Assembly: GCA_963805855.1 (NCBI GenBank)
Contig: CAWDVW010000004.1
Coordinates: forward strand, 1-64,000
Length of the DNA stretch: 64,000 bases
Direction of reading: 5' to 3'
Source: Candidatus Dadabacteria bacterium
GTDB taxonomy: Bacteria; Desulfobacterota_D; UBA1144; Nemesobacterales; CSP1-2
In this document: positions 52,373 to 63,615 of the stretch, in pieces
Numbering within the stretch: position 1 is the first letter of the stretch
Layout: the number at the start of each line of letters is the position of its first letter
Program-made: the position numbers and the translations under genes
The notes under the pieces: model-generated
Seen by the model: the letters and a program-made list of their open reading frames with translations, nothing else
Databases searched by the model: none
Told to the model about the DNA's origin: nothing

Positions 52373-53755
52373 ATGTGTGTGGTAGCATTGATTCTTACAG
52401 CGGGAAAGGGCAAGAGGATGAAATCCTCCGTTCCGAAGGTACTGCATACCATATTGGGACTGCCAATCATAAATTACGTGATTGAGGAAGTAAAAAAGAT
52501 ATCCCCGGAAAAAACAGTTTTAGTGGTGGGGTATGGATCTGACGATGTGAAAAAAGCCCTAAAATCTGATCAACTGAGTTATGTGAGACAATCCAGACAG
52601 CTTGGCACCGCTCATGCGGTCATGTCATCTAGACGAGTACTGGATGGCTACGATGGGACTGTGCTTATTTTGTGCGGGGATTCGCCACTGATACGTCATG
52701 AAACACTCAGCAAATTCATAAATACACACAAAAAGGCTAAATCCCTGCTGTCGATACTTACTGCAAAGGTTAGCAACCCATATGGCTATGGAAGAATCAT
52801 TAGAAATGGCAGGGGCAGGCTAACTGCTATTGTGGAGGAAAAGGATGCGACCCCAGAGCAAAGGAGTCTGAATGAAATTAATTCTGGTATCTATTGTGTT
52901 GAAACTAGCTTCTTATGGAAAGCCCTTGATCAGATTGACAAAAAAAATAATCAGAAGGAATTTTATCTGACGGACATAGTCGGCATCGCTTCAACGTCTG
53001 GAGTAAAAGTGAATGGGTTTAACCTTAACGATGAAGAGGAGATTATGGGCATTAACAACAGGGTTGAGCTTTCTCATGCTCAAGAACTATTGAGAAAGAG
53101 AATAAACGAAAAATTGATGCTATCGGGTGTTACAATACTTGATCCGGAACAAACATATATTTCTCCACAAGTATCTATTGGCAAAGATAGCGTGATCTAT
53201 CCGCAGTCGTTTATCTATGGAAAAACGAAAATAGGAAAGAGATGTAAAATAGGACCGTCGGTCTGGATTGAAGATACCGAAATAAAAAATGACTCGACGA
53301 TAAAATTCTCGTCTTACATTGAAAAGTCTCTCATAGGAGCAAATGTCATGATAGGCCCGTTTGCACATCTACGGCCCTATTCAGAACTGATGGATGGCGC
53401 AAAAATCGGTAACTTTGTTGAGATTAAGAAGTCAAAAATCGGAAATTCTTCTAAGGTTCAACACTTGTCCTATGTTGGCGATGCGACTGTTGGCAAGCGG
53501 GTCAACATTGGCGCTGGGACTATAACCTGTAATTATGATGGATTACACAAATATCAAACCATTATTGAAGATGACGTTTTTATAGGAAGCGACACCATGC
53601 TTGTCGCCCCTGTTAAATTAGGGAGGGGCGCAACTACGGGTGCAGGATCGACAATCACAAAGGATGTTAAATCTGAATCTCTGGCAATCGGACGGGCAAA
53701 GCAAGTGACGATTAAGAATTGGAAGCGTAAGACGAAAGACAAAAAGAGACTATAA
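52373..53755 (+). CDS. glmU: Bifunctional UDP-GlcNAc pyrophosphorylase/GlcN-1-P acetyltransferase
   Basis: AGKGKRMKS..PKVLH, GNFVEIK, HLSYVGDA and TITCNYDG motifs. Confidence 0.97.
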   Translation: MCVVALILTAGKGKRMKSSVPKVLHTILGLPIINYVIEEVKKISPEKTVLVVGYGSDDVKKALKSDQLSYVRQSRQLGTAHAVMSSRRVLDGYDGTVLILCGDSPLIRHETLSKFINTHKKAKSLLSILTAKVSNPYGYGRIIRNGRGRLTAIVEEKDATPEQRSLNEINSGIYCVETSFLWKALDQIDKKNNQKEFYLTDIVGIASTSGVKVNGFNLNDEEEIMGINNRVELSHAQELLRKRINEKLMLSGVTILDPEQTYISPQVSIGKDSVIYPQSFIYGKTKIGKRCKIGPSVWIEDTEIKNDSTIKFSSYIEKSLIGANVMIGPFAHLRPYSELMDGAKIGNFVEIKKSKIGNSSKVQHLSYVGDATVGKRVNIGAGTITCNYDGLHKYQTIIEDDVFIGSDTMLVAPVKLGRGATTGAGSTITKDVKSESLAIGRAKQVTIKNWKRKTKDKKRL

Positions 53756-53759
53756 GACT

Positions 53760-55595
53760 ATGTGTGGAATAGTAGGTTATATTGGCGATAGGAAAAAGAC
53801 GGTTCATGTTCTCATGGATGGACTGAGCAGGCTTGAATACAGGGGTTATGATTCGTCCGGCATCGCAGTGATGCAAGATGGGATTTCTAAGGTTTTTAAG
53901 AGCAAGGGTAAACTAAACAACTTGAAGAATAAGCTAAAGGGCAATTCTCTTTCAGGAAGTCCGGGTATTGGACATACGAGGTGGGCAACTCACGGTAGGG
54001 CAAACAAGAAAAATGCCCATCCGCATGTTTCTGGCTCGGTTTCTGTAGTTCATAACGGCATAATCGAGAATTACAATGAATTGAAAACAGAGTTAATTAA
54101 AAAGGGTTATGACTTCTATTCGGAAACAGATACCGAGGTAGTCGCCCATCTAATAGAAGACCTTTCAAGAGATAATAATTTGTCATTTGAGGATGCAGTG
54201 CGAAATGCCTTCAAGCGCGTTGAAGGCTCATATGCTGTTGCTGTTATCTCAGAGAGGGCACCCGATAAGATCGTCGCCATAAGGAAATTCTCTCCCCTTG
54301 TAATTGCGCTCGGCAAGAATGAGAGTTTTTTAGCTTCGGATGTTCAAGCCGTGCTCCCCTATTCTGATGAAATTATTTTTTTGGAAGATGGAGACGTTGC
54401 CATATTGGGGAAAAACGGGTTTAGGATAACCGACCTTGACGGCAATGAAGTAGCTAGAAATATTTCCAAAATCAATTGGGATCCTGTAGCCATAGAGAAA
54501 TGCGGTTACAGGCATTTTATGCTGAAGGAGATTCATGAACAATCAAGGGCTGTACTCGATACCATAAGGGGACGAATTCACGAACAAACGGGTGATGTAA
54601 TTTTTGAAGGATTAGAGCATGATGTCTTCAAGAATATCAAGAGAATCATCGCTCTCGGTTGTGGAACATCTTACCATGCATGTCTCACCGGTAAGTACAT
54701 GATAGAGAATTTGTCAAATATACACGTCGAAGCGGATTTATCATCCGAGTTTCGTTACAGAGAGCCCGTATTGGATCAAAATACCCTTGCAATTGCGGTA
54801 TCGCAGTCCGGTGAAACCGCTGATACCTCTGAAGCTCTGTTGGAGGCTAGAAGAAGGGGAGCAAAAACCCTTGCTATAACAAATGTTGAAAGGAGCAAGA
54901 TCGCAAGGGAATCAAATTTTGTGATTTATACCTGTGCGGGTCCCGAGATAGGTGTCGCGTCAACAAAAGCATTTACTACCCAACTTATGGTTATGTATCT
55001 TCTGGCAATTTTTCTTGGCAGGGTGACGAAAAAGATTAACGAAAGAGATGGAAGATATTTTATTAAAGAAGCATTAGCTGTACCACAATTAATCGAAAGA
55101 ACATTAAAGATCGAGGGCGAAATACAAGAACTGGCGAAGGGTTTCCATGGCTACAGTAATTTTCTCTACTTGGGTAGAGGCCCTAGTTATCCTATTGCGT
55201 TGGAAGGGGCATTGAAGCTTAAAGAGATTACATATATACACGCAGAAGGGTTTGCCGCTGGAGAAATGAAGCATGGGCCCATTGCACTGGTAGATGAAAA
55301 TGTTCCCGTAGTTTTCATAGCACCGCGTTACGGGATCTTTTACAAAAAAATATTAGGAAATCTAGAGGAAATCAGAGCAAGAAAGGGTAAGGTTATTTTT
55401 TTGACTAACGGGGAGGGGAAAGAAGAAATATTCAAACACGTTGATAGGATTATTACCATCCCTGAATGTAGTGCATATATCAGCCCGATAATCTCTGTCA
55501 TACCTTTACAGCTTCTAGCATATTATATTGCAACTTACAAGGGGACGGACATAGACCAGCCAAGGAACCTGGCAAAGGTAGTGACAGTTGAGTGA
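53760..55595 (+). CDS. glmS: Glutamine--fructose-6-phosphate transaminase
   Basis: MCGIVG, LEYRGYDS, HTRWATHG, SQSGETAD and PRNLAK.VTVE motifs. Confidence 0.98.
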   Translation: MCGIVGYIGDRKKTVHVLMDGLSRLEYRGYDSSGIAVMQDGISKVFKSKGKLNNLKNKLKGNSLSGSPGIGHTRWATHGRANKKNAHPHVSGSVSVVHNGIIENYNELKTELIKKGYDFYSETDTEVVAHLIEDLSRDNNLSFEDAVRNAFKRVEGSYAVAVISERAPDKIVAIRKFSPLVIALGKNESFLASDVQAVLPYSDEIIFLEDGDVAILGKNGFRITDLDGNEVARNISKINWDPVAIEKCGYRHFMLKEIHEQSRAVLDTIRGRIHEQTGDVIFEGLEHDVFKNIKRIIALGCGTSYHACLTGKYMIENLSNIHVEADLSSEFRYREPVLDQNTLAIAVSQSGETADTSEALLEARRRGAKTLAITNVERSKIARESNFVIYTCAGPEIGVASTKAFTTQLMVMYLLAIFLGRVTKKINERDGRYFIKEALAVPQLIERTLKIEGEIQELAKGFHGYSNFLYLGRGPSYPIALEGALKLKEITYIHAEGFAAGEMKHGPIALVDENVPVVFIAPRYGIFYKKILGNLEEIRARKGKVIFLTNGEGKEEIFKHVDRIITIPECSAYISPIISVIPLQLLAYYIATYKGTDIDQPRNLAKVVTVE

Positions 55596-55710
55596 GCTAC
55601 TTGCATTTTTGTTATTTATCGGTATTTATCTTTATTCTCCTCTTTCAATTTTTTAGCATCTTGTACACTAAATTGAAATAAAATAAAGCGAATACGTTAG
55701 AGGCTTTTGA

Positions 55711-56985
55711 ATGAAAGTTTTGGTCATAGGAGGGGGCGGGCGGGAGCACGCGCTATGTTGGAAGATATTACAGAGCCCACTGGTCGATCGTATTTATTGT
55801 GCTCCAGGTAATGCAGGCATCTCCAAGGTCGCGGAGTGTATCGATATCAAGCCCGTGGACATTGAGTCTCTCGTGCGGTTTTCAAAAGCTGAAGAAATCG
55901 ATATCACCATTATTGGTCCTGAGCAGCCTTTGGCTCAAGGTATAGTTGATAAGTTTAATGCTGAGAAACTTAAGGTCTTTGGTCCTTCCAAAGAGGCCTC
56001 ACTGATTGAAAGTAGCAAGGTATTCTCAAAGCATCTGATGAGAAAGTACGATATACCAACCCCATTTTTTGCAACATTTAATAACTTTAGTGATGCTGTT
56101 AAGTGGGTTAGAGAGGTAAAACCACCACTTGTAGTAAAAGCCGATGGTCTTGCAGGTGGAAAGGGGGTTGTGGTGTGTAAGACTGAAGATGAGATTATCG
56201 ATACCCTAGATTCGATGATGAGGGGTAGAATTTTTGGTGATGCCGGAGGGAGTGTTGTGATTGAAGAACTCATTGAGGGTGAAGAGGTCTCATTTTTCGT
56301 TTTTACTGATGGAGATGCAGTAATCCCATTAGAACCTTCACAGGATCATAAGGCACTCTTAGACGGAGACAAGGGACCAAATACCGGGGGAATGGGTGCT
56401 TATTCACCCGCTCCTATAGTAACAGAAGAACTACATAGTAAGATTATGCAGCGAATCATGGTTCCGGTTATAAGAGCGCTCAATAAAGAAGGTAGAAGGT
56501 ATAAAGGAGTGCTATATGCTGGATTGATGATTAAGGATTCAGAGCCCACGGTTTTGGAATTTAATTGCAGATTCGGCGATCCGGAAACTCAACCTCTGCT
56601 GATGAGGATGAAATCTGATATCGTTCCAATCATCAATGCAGTTATTGATGGAGATCTCAATGGATGTGAGATCGAATGGAAACCAGAGTCGTCGGTTTGT
56701 GTGGTAATAGCTTCGAAGGGATATCCAGGAGATTATAAAACGGGTATCGAGCTTCATGGTCTCGATGCTCTGGAAGATCTGGAAAACGTGGTTTTATTTC
56801 ATGCCGGAACGACGGTCGTAGATGGGAAAGTGATATCAAATGGGGGGAGGATTTTAGGTGTTACTACTCTTGGGAATAGCATAAGTGAATCCATAGATCT
56901 TGCCTATAAGGCGATTCGAATGATGGATCATGATGACATATATTTTAGGACCGATATAGGAAAGAAGGCATTGCTGTATAAATGA
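55711..56985 (+). CDS. purD: Phosphoribosylamine--glycine ligase
   Basis: GGGGREHA, KADGLAGGKGV, QDHK..GPNTGGMG and EFNCRFGDPE motifs. Confidence 0.98.
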   Translation: MKVLVIGGGGREHALCWKILQSPLVDRIYCAPGNAGISKVAECIDIKPVDIESLVRFSKAEEIDITIIGPEQPLAQGIVDKFNAEKLKVFGPSKEASLIESSKVFSKHLMRKYDIPTPFFATFNNFSDAVKWVREVKPPLVVKADGLAGGKGVVVCKTEDEIIDTLDSMMRGRIFGDAGGSVVIEELIEGEEVSFFVFTDGDAVIPLEPSQDHKALLDGDKGPNTGGMGAYSPAPIVTEELHSKIMQRIMVPVIRALNKEGRRYKGVLYAGLMIKDSEPTVLEFNCRFGDPETQPLLMRMKSDIVPIINAVIDGDLNGCEIEWKPESSVCVVIASKGYPGDYKTGIELHGLDALEDLENVVLFHAGTTVVDGKVISNGGRILGVTTLGNSISESIDLAYKAIRMMDHDDIYFRTDIGKKALLYK

Positions 56986-57045
56986 GCATTGGTTGAGAAA
57001 AATACGAAAAATAGAAACATAATTACAAAAATGGAGAATCTATAA

Positions 57046-57378
57046 ATGGCAGAGATATGGTATTTGAACACAGGTACTGATACTGTTAAAGGGAAAACGC
57101 CAAATTATCAAATATCATTTGACGAATGTGTGGAAATTTTTGAGCTTACCGAAAATTGTTGGAGATGCAAGAGTGGACAAATACCCGAACTAAAGACGGG
57201 CAATCCGATAATAGATGAAAGTGGATATGTTTATGTACTCGTAAAGGTTATGAGCAAGGAGTTAAAGATCTCGAGCTTAAAAGGGTGGAAGGCAGGATGG
57301 TACATGTCTCCGCTCACCGTTATAAATGCAGAAAAAAGATTGCAGATGAGACAACCGACCGCCCCTGAAACAGAGTGA
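57046..57378 (+). CDS. Hypothetical protein
   Basis: 110-aa ORF with GGAG RBS filling the purD-rpsL gap; no recognised motif. Confidence 0.6.
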   Translation: MAEIWYLNTGTDTVKGKTPNYQISFDECVEIFELTENCWRCKSGQIPELKTGNPIIDESGYVYVLVKVMSKELKISSLKGWKAGWYMSPLTVINAEKRLQMRQPTAPETE

Positions 57379-57483
57379 TGTCCATTTTCCGAGAACGCAA
57401 TAATTTCTTAAGAGTATGATGTTATTGGGATAGAGTTTTTTGGGTCAAGTAGTCCGGACAATTAGCTAGTCTAACAGATTAAT

Positions 57484-57513
57484 TTGACAAAAACATAGTT
57501 ATTTGGGTAAATT
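57484..57513 (+). promoter_or_regulatory. Candidate sigma-70 promoter of the str operon
   Basis: TTGACA at 57484 and TAAATT 18 nt downstream, ahead of rpsL. Confidence 0.5.
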
Positions 57514-57547
57514 AATCGTTTAACTTTTTTATATCGATAATGGAACG

Positions 57548-57919
57548 ATGCCTACTATTAACCAGTTAGTTAGAGAAGGAAGAGAGCAGGTAAGGAAAAA
57601 GAGCAAGGCTCCTGCCTTACAAAATTGCCCTCAGAAAAGAGGGGTGTGTATCAGGGTGTATACAACGACACCGAAGAAACCAAATTCGGCTCTTAGGAAG
57701 GTAGCTAGGGTAAGACTTACAAACGGAATAGAGATTACCGGTTATATCCCCGGGGAAGGCCATTCACTTCAGGAGCACTCTGTAGTCCTGGTCAGGGGTG
57801 GTAGGGTGAAAGACCTACCAGGAGTCAGATACCATATCGTAAGAGGCACGTTAGATACAACAGGGGTGGAGAGCAGAAGGAGGGGCCGTTCAAAATATGG
57901 TGCCAAAAGACCAAAGTAG
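57548..57919 (+). CDS. rpsL: 30S ribosomal protein S12
   Basis: [20 protein letters not shown] and [10 protein letters not shown] motifs. Confidence 0.99.
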   Translation: MPTINQLVREGREQVRKKSKAPALQNCPQKRGVCIRVYTTTPKKPNSALRKVARVRLTNGIEITGYIPGEGHSLQEHSVVLVRGGRVKDLPGVRYHIVRGTLDTTGVESRRRGRSKYGAKRPK

Positions 57920-57933
57920 AAGGAAACATTGAG

Positions 57934-58404
57934 ATGCCAAGGAAAGGATCAGTTTCTAAAAGGAAAATACAGCCGGACCCTAAGTTTAAGGATGATATGG
58001 TTTCGAAATTCATAAACTCTCTCATGTATGATGGTAAGAAAAGTAAGGCTGAAAAGATATTTTATAAAGCACTTGAAATGGTTCGGGATAAAATGGGCAA
58101 AGATTCACTCGAAGTTTTCCATAGTGCGATGGAAAATGTTAAGCCTGTGCTCGAGGTCAGGCCCCGGAGGGTAGGTGGTGCGACCTATCAGGTTCCTATG
58201 GAGGTTAACCATTTTCGCCGTCTATCACTTTCAATCAGATGGGTAATCAATGCTTCACGGAGTAGACAAGGTAATTCTATGGAAGAAAAACTCGCCGGTG
58301 AAATAATGGACGCTGCTCAAGGACGTGGCGGAGCCATGAAGAAAAAAGAAGATGCTTACAGGATGGCCGAGGCAAATAGGGCATTTGCTCATTATAGGTG
58401 GTAA
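57934..58404 (+). CDS. rpsG: 30S ribosomal protein S7
   Basis: [11 protein letters not shown] and [13 protein letters not shown] motifs. Confidence 0.99.
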   Translation: MPRKGSVSKRKIQPDPKFKDDMVSKFINSLMYDGKKSKAEKIFYKALEMVRDKMGKDSLEVFHSAMENVKPVLEVRPRRVGGATYQVPMEVNHFRRLSLSIRWVINASRSRQGNSMEEKLAGEIMDAAQGRGGAMKKKEDAYRMAEANRAFAHYRW

Positions 58405-58423
58405 TAATAGGGAGATTTAAATT

Positions 58424-60505
58424 TTGAGTGTGTTAATACCGATAGACAAGATCAGAAATATAGGGATTGTGGCTCATATTGATGCTGGAAAGACCACAAC
58501 AACCGAGCGAATCCTTTACTATACGGGACTCACCTATAAAATCGGCGAGGTTCACGAGGGGACAGCTACGATGGATTGGATGGAGCAGGAGCGGGAGAGG
58601 GGTATAACTATTACTTCTGCTACTACGACTTGTTTCTGGAATAATCATAGAATAAATGTTATCGATACCCCGGGACACGTAGATTTTACTATCGAGGTTG
58701 AGCGCTCCTTAAAGGTATTGGATGGTGCCGTCGTTGTATTTGATAGCGTCGGGGGTGTTGAACCACAGTCGGAAACCGTTTGGCGTCAAGCTGATCGATA
58801 TAGGGTACCAAGAATTGCATTTGTTAATAAAATGGACAGGGTAGGCGCGGGGTTTTTTAACGTTGTAGAACAGATGAAGAATAGGCTGAAAGCAAATCCT
58901 GTTTACTTACATATTCCGTGGATAGAGAAAGATGAATTCAAGGGAATTGTGGATCTGATAAAGATGCAGATGGCAGTTTGGGATAATGACTCTCTCGGTG
59001 CTAAATATGAATTTGTGGATATTCCTAAAGAACTCGAACAAGCTGCTGAGGCCGGTAAGGAACAGCTTGTTGAGGCCATAGCTGATCATGACGAAGAGAT
59101 AATGGAAAAGTATATAAGCGGTAAGGAGGTCGGTGAGGATGAAATCAAAGGGGCGCTGAGAAGACTAACGATCCAAATAAAATTGATACCTGTTTTCTGT
59201 GGCGCAGCGTTTAAGAATAAAGGGGTTCAACTATTACTGGATGCGATCGTAGATTATCTACCTTCTCCATTGGAGTTGCCCCCGGTCGAGGGTATTAACC
59301 CAAGGACAGACGAGGCCGAGGTAAGATACCCGAAAGAAACAGAGCCTTTTTCCGCACTTGCATTTAAGATAATGACGGATCCCTTCGTAGGTCAACTCAC
59401 ATATTTGAGGGTTTATTCGGGAAAGCTTTCAACCGGTGATATTGTCATTAATTCAGTTAAGGACACCAGGGAGAAGATTGGAAGACTTCTAAGGATGCAT
59501 GCCAATAAGCGTGAAGAGATCAAAGAAATAAGCTCAGGCGGAATTGCAGCTGCTGTGGGTTTGAAAAATACGATTACGGGGGACACACTTTGCGATGAAG
59601 ACAAACCAATAATACTTGAGAGCCTTCAATTTTCTGAACCTGTCATTTCAATAGCTATTGAACCGAAAACCAAGGCTGATCAGGAGAAATTGGGTATTTC
59701 GCTTAATAAGCTTGCTATGGAAGATCCGTCTTTCAGAGTAAAGTACGATGAAGAAACTGGGCAGACCATAATCTCTGGTATGGGTGAGCTGCATCTGGAA
59801 ATAATAGTAGATCGTCTAAGGCGCGAATTTAAAGTGGACGCGAATGTCGGAAGACCTGAAGTTGCGTATAAAGAGACCATCAGTACGTCGTCTCGCGCTG
59901 AGGGTAAATTTATTAGACAGACCGGCGGTCGGGGTCAATACGGACATGTAAAGATCAAAGTTGACCCATTGGAACGAGACTCTGGTTTTAAATTTATTGA
60001 TTCCATAAAGGGAGGAACGATCCCTAGAGAGTTTATTCCCGCGATAGAAAAGGGAGTGAAAGAGGCTATGGAGACCGGTGTTGTAGCTGGATATCCGGTA
60101 ATCGATGTGAGTGTAGAACTCATTGACGGTTCGTATCATGAAGTCGATTCTTCTGAAATTGCATTTAAGATCGCGGCATCAATGGCGTTTAAGGATGCTA
60201 TAAGTAGGGCAAAGCCTGTCCTACTTGAACCTGATATGAAGGTAGAGGTCGTTGTTCCCGAAGAATTTATGGGGGTTATACTGGGAGACCTGAGCTCAAA
60301 AAGAGGAAAGATTATTGGTACGGAGCTGAGAGGTGGATTGCAGGCTATAAGGGCCGAGGTGCCGTTAGCGGAAATGTTTGGATATGCTACAGGAATGAGG
60401 TCCATGACTGAAGGAAGAGGTTCTTTCACCATGGAATTCTCTCACTATATTAAGGTTCCAGAGATGCTTTCACCGGGTATAAAGACTAGGGTGGGAGGCG
60501 TTTAA
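58424..60505 (+). CDS. fusA: Elongation factor G
   Basis: [23 protein letters not shown] and GMGELHL motifs. Confidence 0.99.
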   Translation: MSVLIPIDKIRNIGIVAHIDAGKTTTTERILYYTGLTYKIGEVHEGTATMDWMEQERERGITITSATTTCFWNNHRINVIDTPGHVDFTIEVERSLKVLDGAVVVFDSVGGVEPQSETVWRQADRYRVPRIAFVNKMDRVGAGFFNVVEQMKNRLKANPVYLHIPWIEKDEFKGIVDLIKMQMAVWDNDSLGAKYEFVDIPKELEQAAEAGKEQLVEAIADHDEEIMEKYISGKEVGEDEIKGALRRLTIQIKLIPVFCGAAFKNKGVQLLLDAIVDYLPSPLELPPVEGINPRTDEAEVRYPKETEPFSALAFKIMTDPFVGQLTYLRVYSGKLSTGDIVINSVKDTREKIGRLLRMHANKREEIKEISSGGIAAAVGLKNTITGDTLCDEDKPIILESLQFSEPVISIAIEPKTKADQEKLGISLNKLAMEDPSFRVKYDEETGQTIISGMGELHLEIIVDRLRREFKVDANVGRPEVAYKETISTSSRAEGKFIRQTGGRGQYGHVKIKVDPLERDSGFKFIDSIKGGTIPREFIPAIEKGVKEAMETGVVAGYPVIDVSVELIDGSYHEVDSSEIAFKIAASMAFKDAISRAKPVLLEPDMKVEVVVPEEFMGVILGDLSSKRGKIIGTELRGGLQAIRAEVPLAEMFGYATGMRSMTEGRGSFTMEFSHYIKVPEMLSPGIKTRVGGV

Positions 60506-60538
60506 TTAACTCATCATTGACTAAGGAGGAAATTAGAG

Positions 60539-61723
60539 ATGTCTAAGGCGAGATTTGAGAGGGGCAAGCCGCACCTAAACATAGGGACGGTGGGTCATGT
60601 GGATCATGGTAAGACGACATTGACGGCGGCGATAACGAAGGTATTGGAGAAGCAGGGCAGAGCGAAGTACGTGGAGTTTTCGGATATAGACAAGGCGCCG
60701 GAGGAGAAGGAGAGGGGGATAACGATAAACATAGCGCATGTGGAGTATGAGACGGAGAAGAGGCATTATGCGCATGTGGATTGTCCTGGGCATGCGGATT
60801 ATGTAAAGAACATGATAACGGGAGCGGCGCAGATGGATGGGGCAATATTGGTGGTGAGTGCGCCGGATGGGCCGATGCCGCAGACAAGGGAGCACATATT
60901 GTTGGCGAGGCAGGTAGGGGTACCGTATATAGTAGTATGTTTGAACAAGGTGGACATGATGGATGATGAGGAGTTATTGGATTTAGTGGAGTTGGAGGTA
61001 AGGGAGTTATTGGGGCAGTATGGGTTTCCTGGGGATGATGTACCTGTGGTGAGGGTGAGTGCGTTGAAGGCATTGGAGGGGGATGAGGGGGCGGAGAAGC
61101 AGGTAATAGAGTTAATGGAAGCGGTGGACAGTTATATACCGGAGCCTGTGAGGGAGATGGACAAGCCGTTTTTGATGGCGATAGAGGATGTGTTTACGAT
61201 ATCGGGTAGGGGCACGGTGGTAACGGGCAGGGTAGAGAGGGGGAAGATAAAGGCAGGAGACGAGGTTGAGATAGTGGGATTTAGTCCGACGAGGAAGACG
61301 GTGGCGACGAGTTTGGAGATGTTCAGGAAGATATTGGATGATGCGATAGCTGGGGACAACGTTGGGGTATTGTTGAGAGGGATAGGAAAGGAGGAGGTGG
61401 AGAGGGGGCAGGTGTTAGCGGCGCCTGGGAGTATAACGCCGCACAAGAGGCTAAATGCGGAGGTATATGTATTGAAGAAGGAGGAGGGGGGAAGGCACAC
61501 ACCGTTTTTTCCTGGGTACAGGCCGCAGTTTTATTTACGGACTACGGATGTAACTGGTTCGATCAAGCTGCCTGAGGGGGTAGAGATGGTGATGCCTGGG
61601 GATAATATAAACATGGAGGTAGAGTTGATCTCGCCGGTGGCGATGGAGGAGCAGTTGAGGTTTGCGATAAGAGAGGGAGGAAGGACAGTGGGTGCCGGTG
61701 TTGTAACGAGCATCATTGAATGA
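60539..61723 (+). CDS. tuf: Elongation factor Tu
   Basis: [24 protein letters not shown] and [11 protein letters not shown] motifs. Confidence 0.99.
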   Translation: MSKARFERGKPHLNIGTVGHVDHGKTTLTAAITKVLEKQGRAKYVEFSDIDKAPEEKERGITINIAHVEYETEKRHYAHVDCPGHADYVKNMITGAAQMDGAILVVSAPDGPMPQTREHILLARQVGVPYIVVCLNKVDMMDDEELLDLVELEVRELLGQYGFPGDDVPVVRVSALKALEGDEGAEKQVIELMEAVDSYIPEPVREMDKPFLMAIEDVFTISGRGTVVTGRVERGKIKAGDEVEIVGFSPTRKTVATSLEMFRKILDDAIAGDNVGVLLRGIGKEEVERGQVLAAPGSITPHKRLNAEVYVLKKEEGGRHTPFFPGYRPQFYLRTTDVTGSIKLPEGVEMVMPGDNINMEVELISPVAMEEQLRFAIREGGRTVGAGVVTSIIE

Positions 61724-61745
61724 AGGCTATGAGGTCAAAACAAAT

Positions 61746-62066
61746 ATGAGCCGGGCTGCGAAGATAAGGATAAAATTAAAATCATTCGATCATAGATTGC
61801 TCGATAAGTCTGCGGTAGAGATTCTAGATACCGCGAAGAGAACTGGAGCTAAAGTGGCTGGACCCGTTCCGCTTCCGACACATATTAGTCGCTACTGTGT
61901 GTTGAGATCTCCACATGTGGATAAGAATTCAAGAGAGCATTTTGAGATAAGGACACATAAGAGAATAGTTGATATACTGGAACCTACGCAACAAACCATA
62001 GATGCCCTGATGAAACTAGATTTGGCTTCCGGGGTTGAAGTGGAAATTAAACTTACTAGCTCGTGA
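61746..62066 (+). CDS. rpsJ: 30S ribosomal protein S10
   Basis: [18 protein letters not shown] and RSPHVDK.SRE.FE.RTHKR motifs. Confidence 0.98.
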   Translation: MSRAAKIRIKLKSFDHRLLDKSAVEILDTAKRTGAKVAGPVPLPTHISRYCVLRSPHVDKNSREHFEIRTHKRIVDILEPTQQTIDALMKLDLASGVEVEIKLTSS

Positions 62067-62072
62067 TTTTTC

Positions 62073-62705
62073 ATGATACAGGGAATAATTGGCCGAAAGA
62101 TTGGTATGACGGAATTGTTTATGGAAGACGGAACAGTCGTAGTTTGTACTGTAGTCAATGCAGGACCGTGTTTCGTCGTCGATAAGAGAACAGTTGAAAA
62201 GAATGGTTATGATGGTATCCAGCTGGGCTTTGAGGAAGTGAAGCCACAGAGGGTAAGGAAGCCAGTGGCAGGCCATTTTAAGAGGGCCGGAGTTCGACCA
62301 TTTAAATATCTTTATGAGTTTAAGGGTGACACTGAGAAATATAAGGCCGGTGACGTTATTACTGCGGGAATATTTAAAGCGGGCGATATTATTGATGTTT
62401 CTGGAAAAAGTAAGGGAAAAGGCTTTTCTGGAGTTATGAAAAGACATGGTTTTGCCGGACAACCGGATTCCCATGGCGGAATGTCACACAGAAAACCCGG
62501 TTCGATTGGTCAGGCCTCATATCCTGCAAGGGTTTGGAAAGGAATGAAGATGCCCGGTCAAATGGGTAACAAAAGTGTTGCCATGCAGGGCCTCCAGGTT
62601 GCGAAAGTTGATCCTGATAACAATTTATTGATAGTAAAGGGATCTGTTCCAGGACCGAGAGGTGGTGTTTTATTAATTAGACATACTACCAAGGGGAGAA
62701 ATTAG
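62073..62705 (+). CDS. rplC: 50S ribosomal protein L3
   Basis: G.KIGMT, SKGKGF.G.MKRH and KGSVPG motifs. Confidence 0.98.
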   Translation: MIQGIIGRKIGMTELFMEDGTVVVCTVVNAGPCFVVDKRTVEKNGYDGIQLGFEEVKPQRVRKPVAGHFKRAGVRPFKYLYEFKGDTEKYKAGDVITAGIFKAGDIIDVSGKSKGKGFSGVMKRHGFAGQPDSHGGMSHRKPGSIGQASYPARVWKGMKMPGQMGNKSVAMQGLQVAKVDPDNNLLIVKGSVPGPRGGVLLIRHTTKGRN

Positions 62706-62706
62706 A

Positions 62707-63330
62707 TTGCCCAATTGCGACGTTTTCGATTTGGATAAGAATAAAGTAGGTTCAGTCATCATCGATCCAGATATTTTCGAATCGCCGGTAAAGGAGCATC
62801 TACTTCACACCGTAGTAAGGTGGCAACTAGCTAATCGACGCTCCGGCACAGCTTCTACAAAGACAAGGGGAGAAGTGAGCGGAGGTGGTCGGAAACCATG
62901 GAAGCAAAAACATCTTGGTCGAGCTAGACAGGGGAGTATACGATCGCCACAATGGAGAAAAGGAGCGGTGGTGTTTGGGCCAAGACCGAGGGACTGGTCG
63001 TATGACATACCAAAAAAGGTCAGACGTCAGGCCCTGAAAAGTGCCCTTTCTATTAAACACAGTAGTGGAAAGCTTTTTATCATAAGGGAGTTCAACCTGC
63101 CAGGGATTAGTACTAAAAGTCTTGTCGAGTTTATAAAGAGATTTGAGCTGGATAAGACGTTGATTTTAATAAATGATAAAAATGAAAATTTGAGGAGATC
63201 AGCCAGAAATCTCAAAAGTTTGAAGATTTTAAATATAGACGGATTGAACGTGTATGATCTTCTCAGATTTGATTTCTTGGTCATTACAGAGGATTCACTC
63301 CTAAGGCTGCGGGAGGTTTTTAGAAGTTGA
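62707..63330 (+). CDS. rplD: 50S ribosomal protein L4
   Basis: TKTRGEVSGGGRKPWKQK..GRARQGSIRSPQW motif. Confidence 0.98.
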   Translation: MPNCDVFDLDKNKVGSVIIDPDIFESPVKEHLLHTVVRWQLANRRSGTASTKTRGEVSGGGRKPWKQKHLGRARQGSIRSPQWRKGAVVFGPRPRDWSYDIPKKVRRQALKSALSIKHSSGKLFIIREFNLPGISTKSLVEFIKRFELDKTLILINDKNENLRRSARNLKSLKILNIDGLNVYDLLRFDFLVITEDSLLRLREVFRS

Positions 63331-63614
63331 AGGACCCAAGAAATATAATAAAACACCCTATAGTGACTGAGAAATCAACGGATTTAAAGAATCATAGTTG
63401 GTATGTATTTGCGGTGGACAAAAGGGCAAACAAAAGAGAGATAATGAATGCTGTCGAAAAGATATTTAATGTGAAGGTCGATAAGGTTAGAACGCTTATC
63501 AAACCAGGGAAAGTTGTAAAGAGATTTGGTCGGGAAGTAGGTAAGGGTTCTCCTTTAAAGAAGGCTTATGTAAAGTTGAGAGAAGGGACGATAGAGTTTT
63601 TTGAGGGTGTCTAA
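63327..63614 (+). CDS. rplW: 50S ribosomal protein L23
   Basis: P.VTEKS, F.V...ANK.EI..AVE..F.VKV and KKAYV.L motifs. Confidence 0.97.
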   Translation: MKDPRNIIKHPIVTEKSTDLKNHSWYVFAVDKRANKREIMNAVEKIFNVKVDKVRTLIKPGKVVKRFGREVGKGSPLKKAYVKLREGTIEFFEGV

Positions 63615-63615
63615 C

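Noticed and set aside
53700..53760. glmS ribozyme
   Set aside because: glmS starts 4 nt after the glmU stop, leaving no leader.
60543..61500. Pro/Ser/His-rich antisense ORFs within tuf
   Set aside because: They are a by-product of the G-rich, C-poor coding strand.
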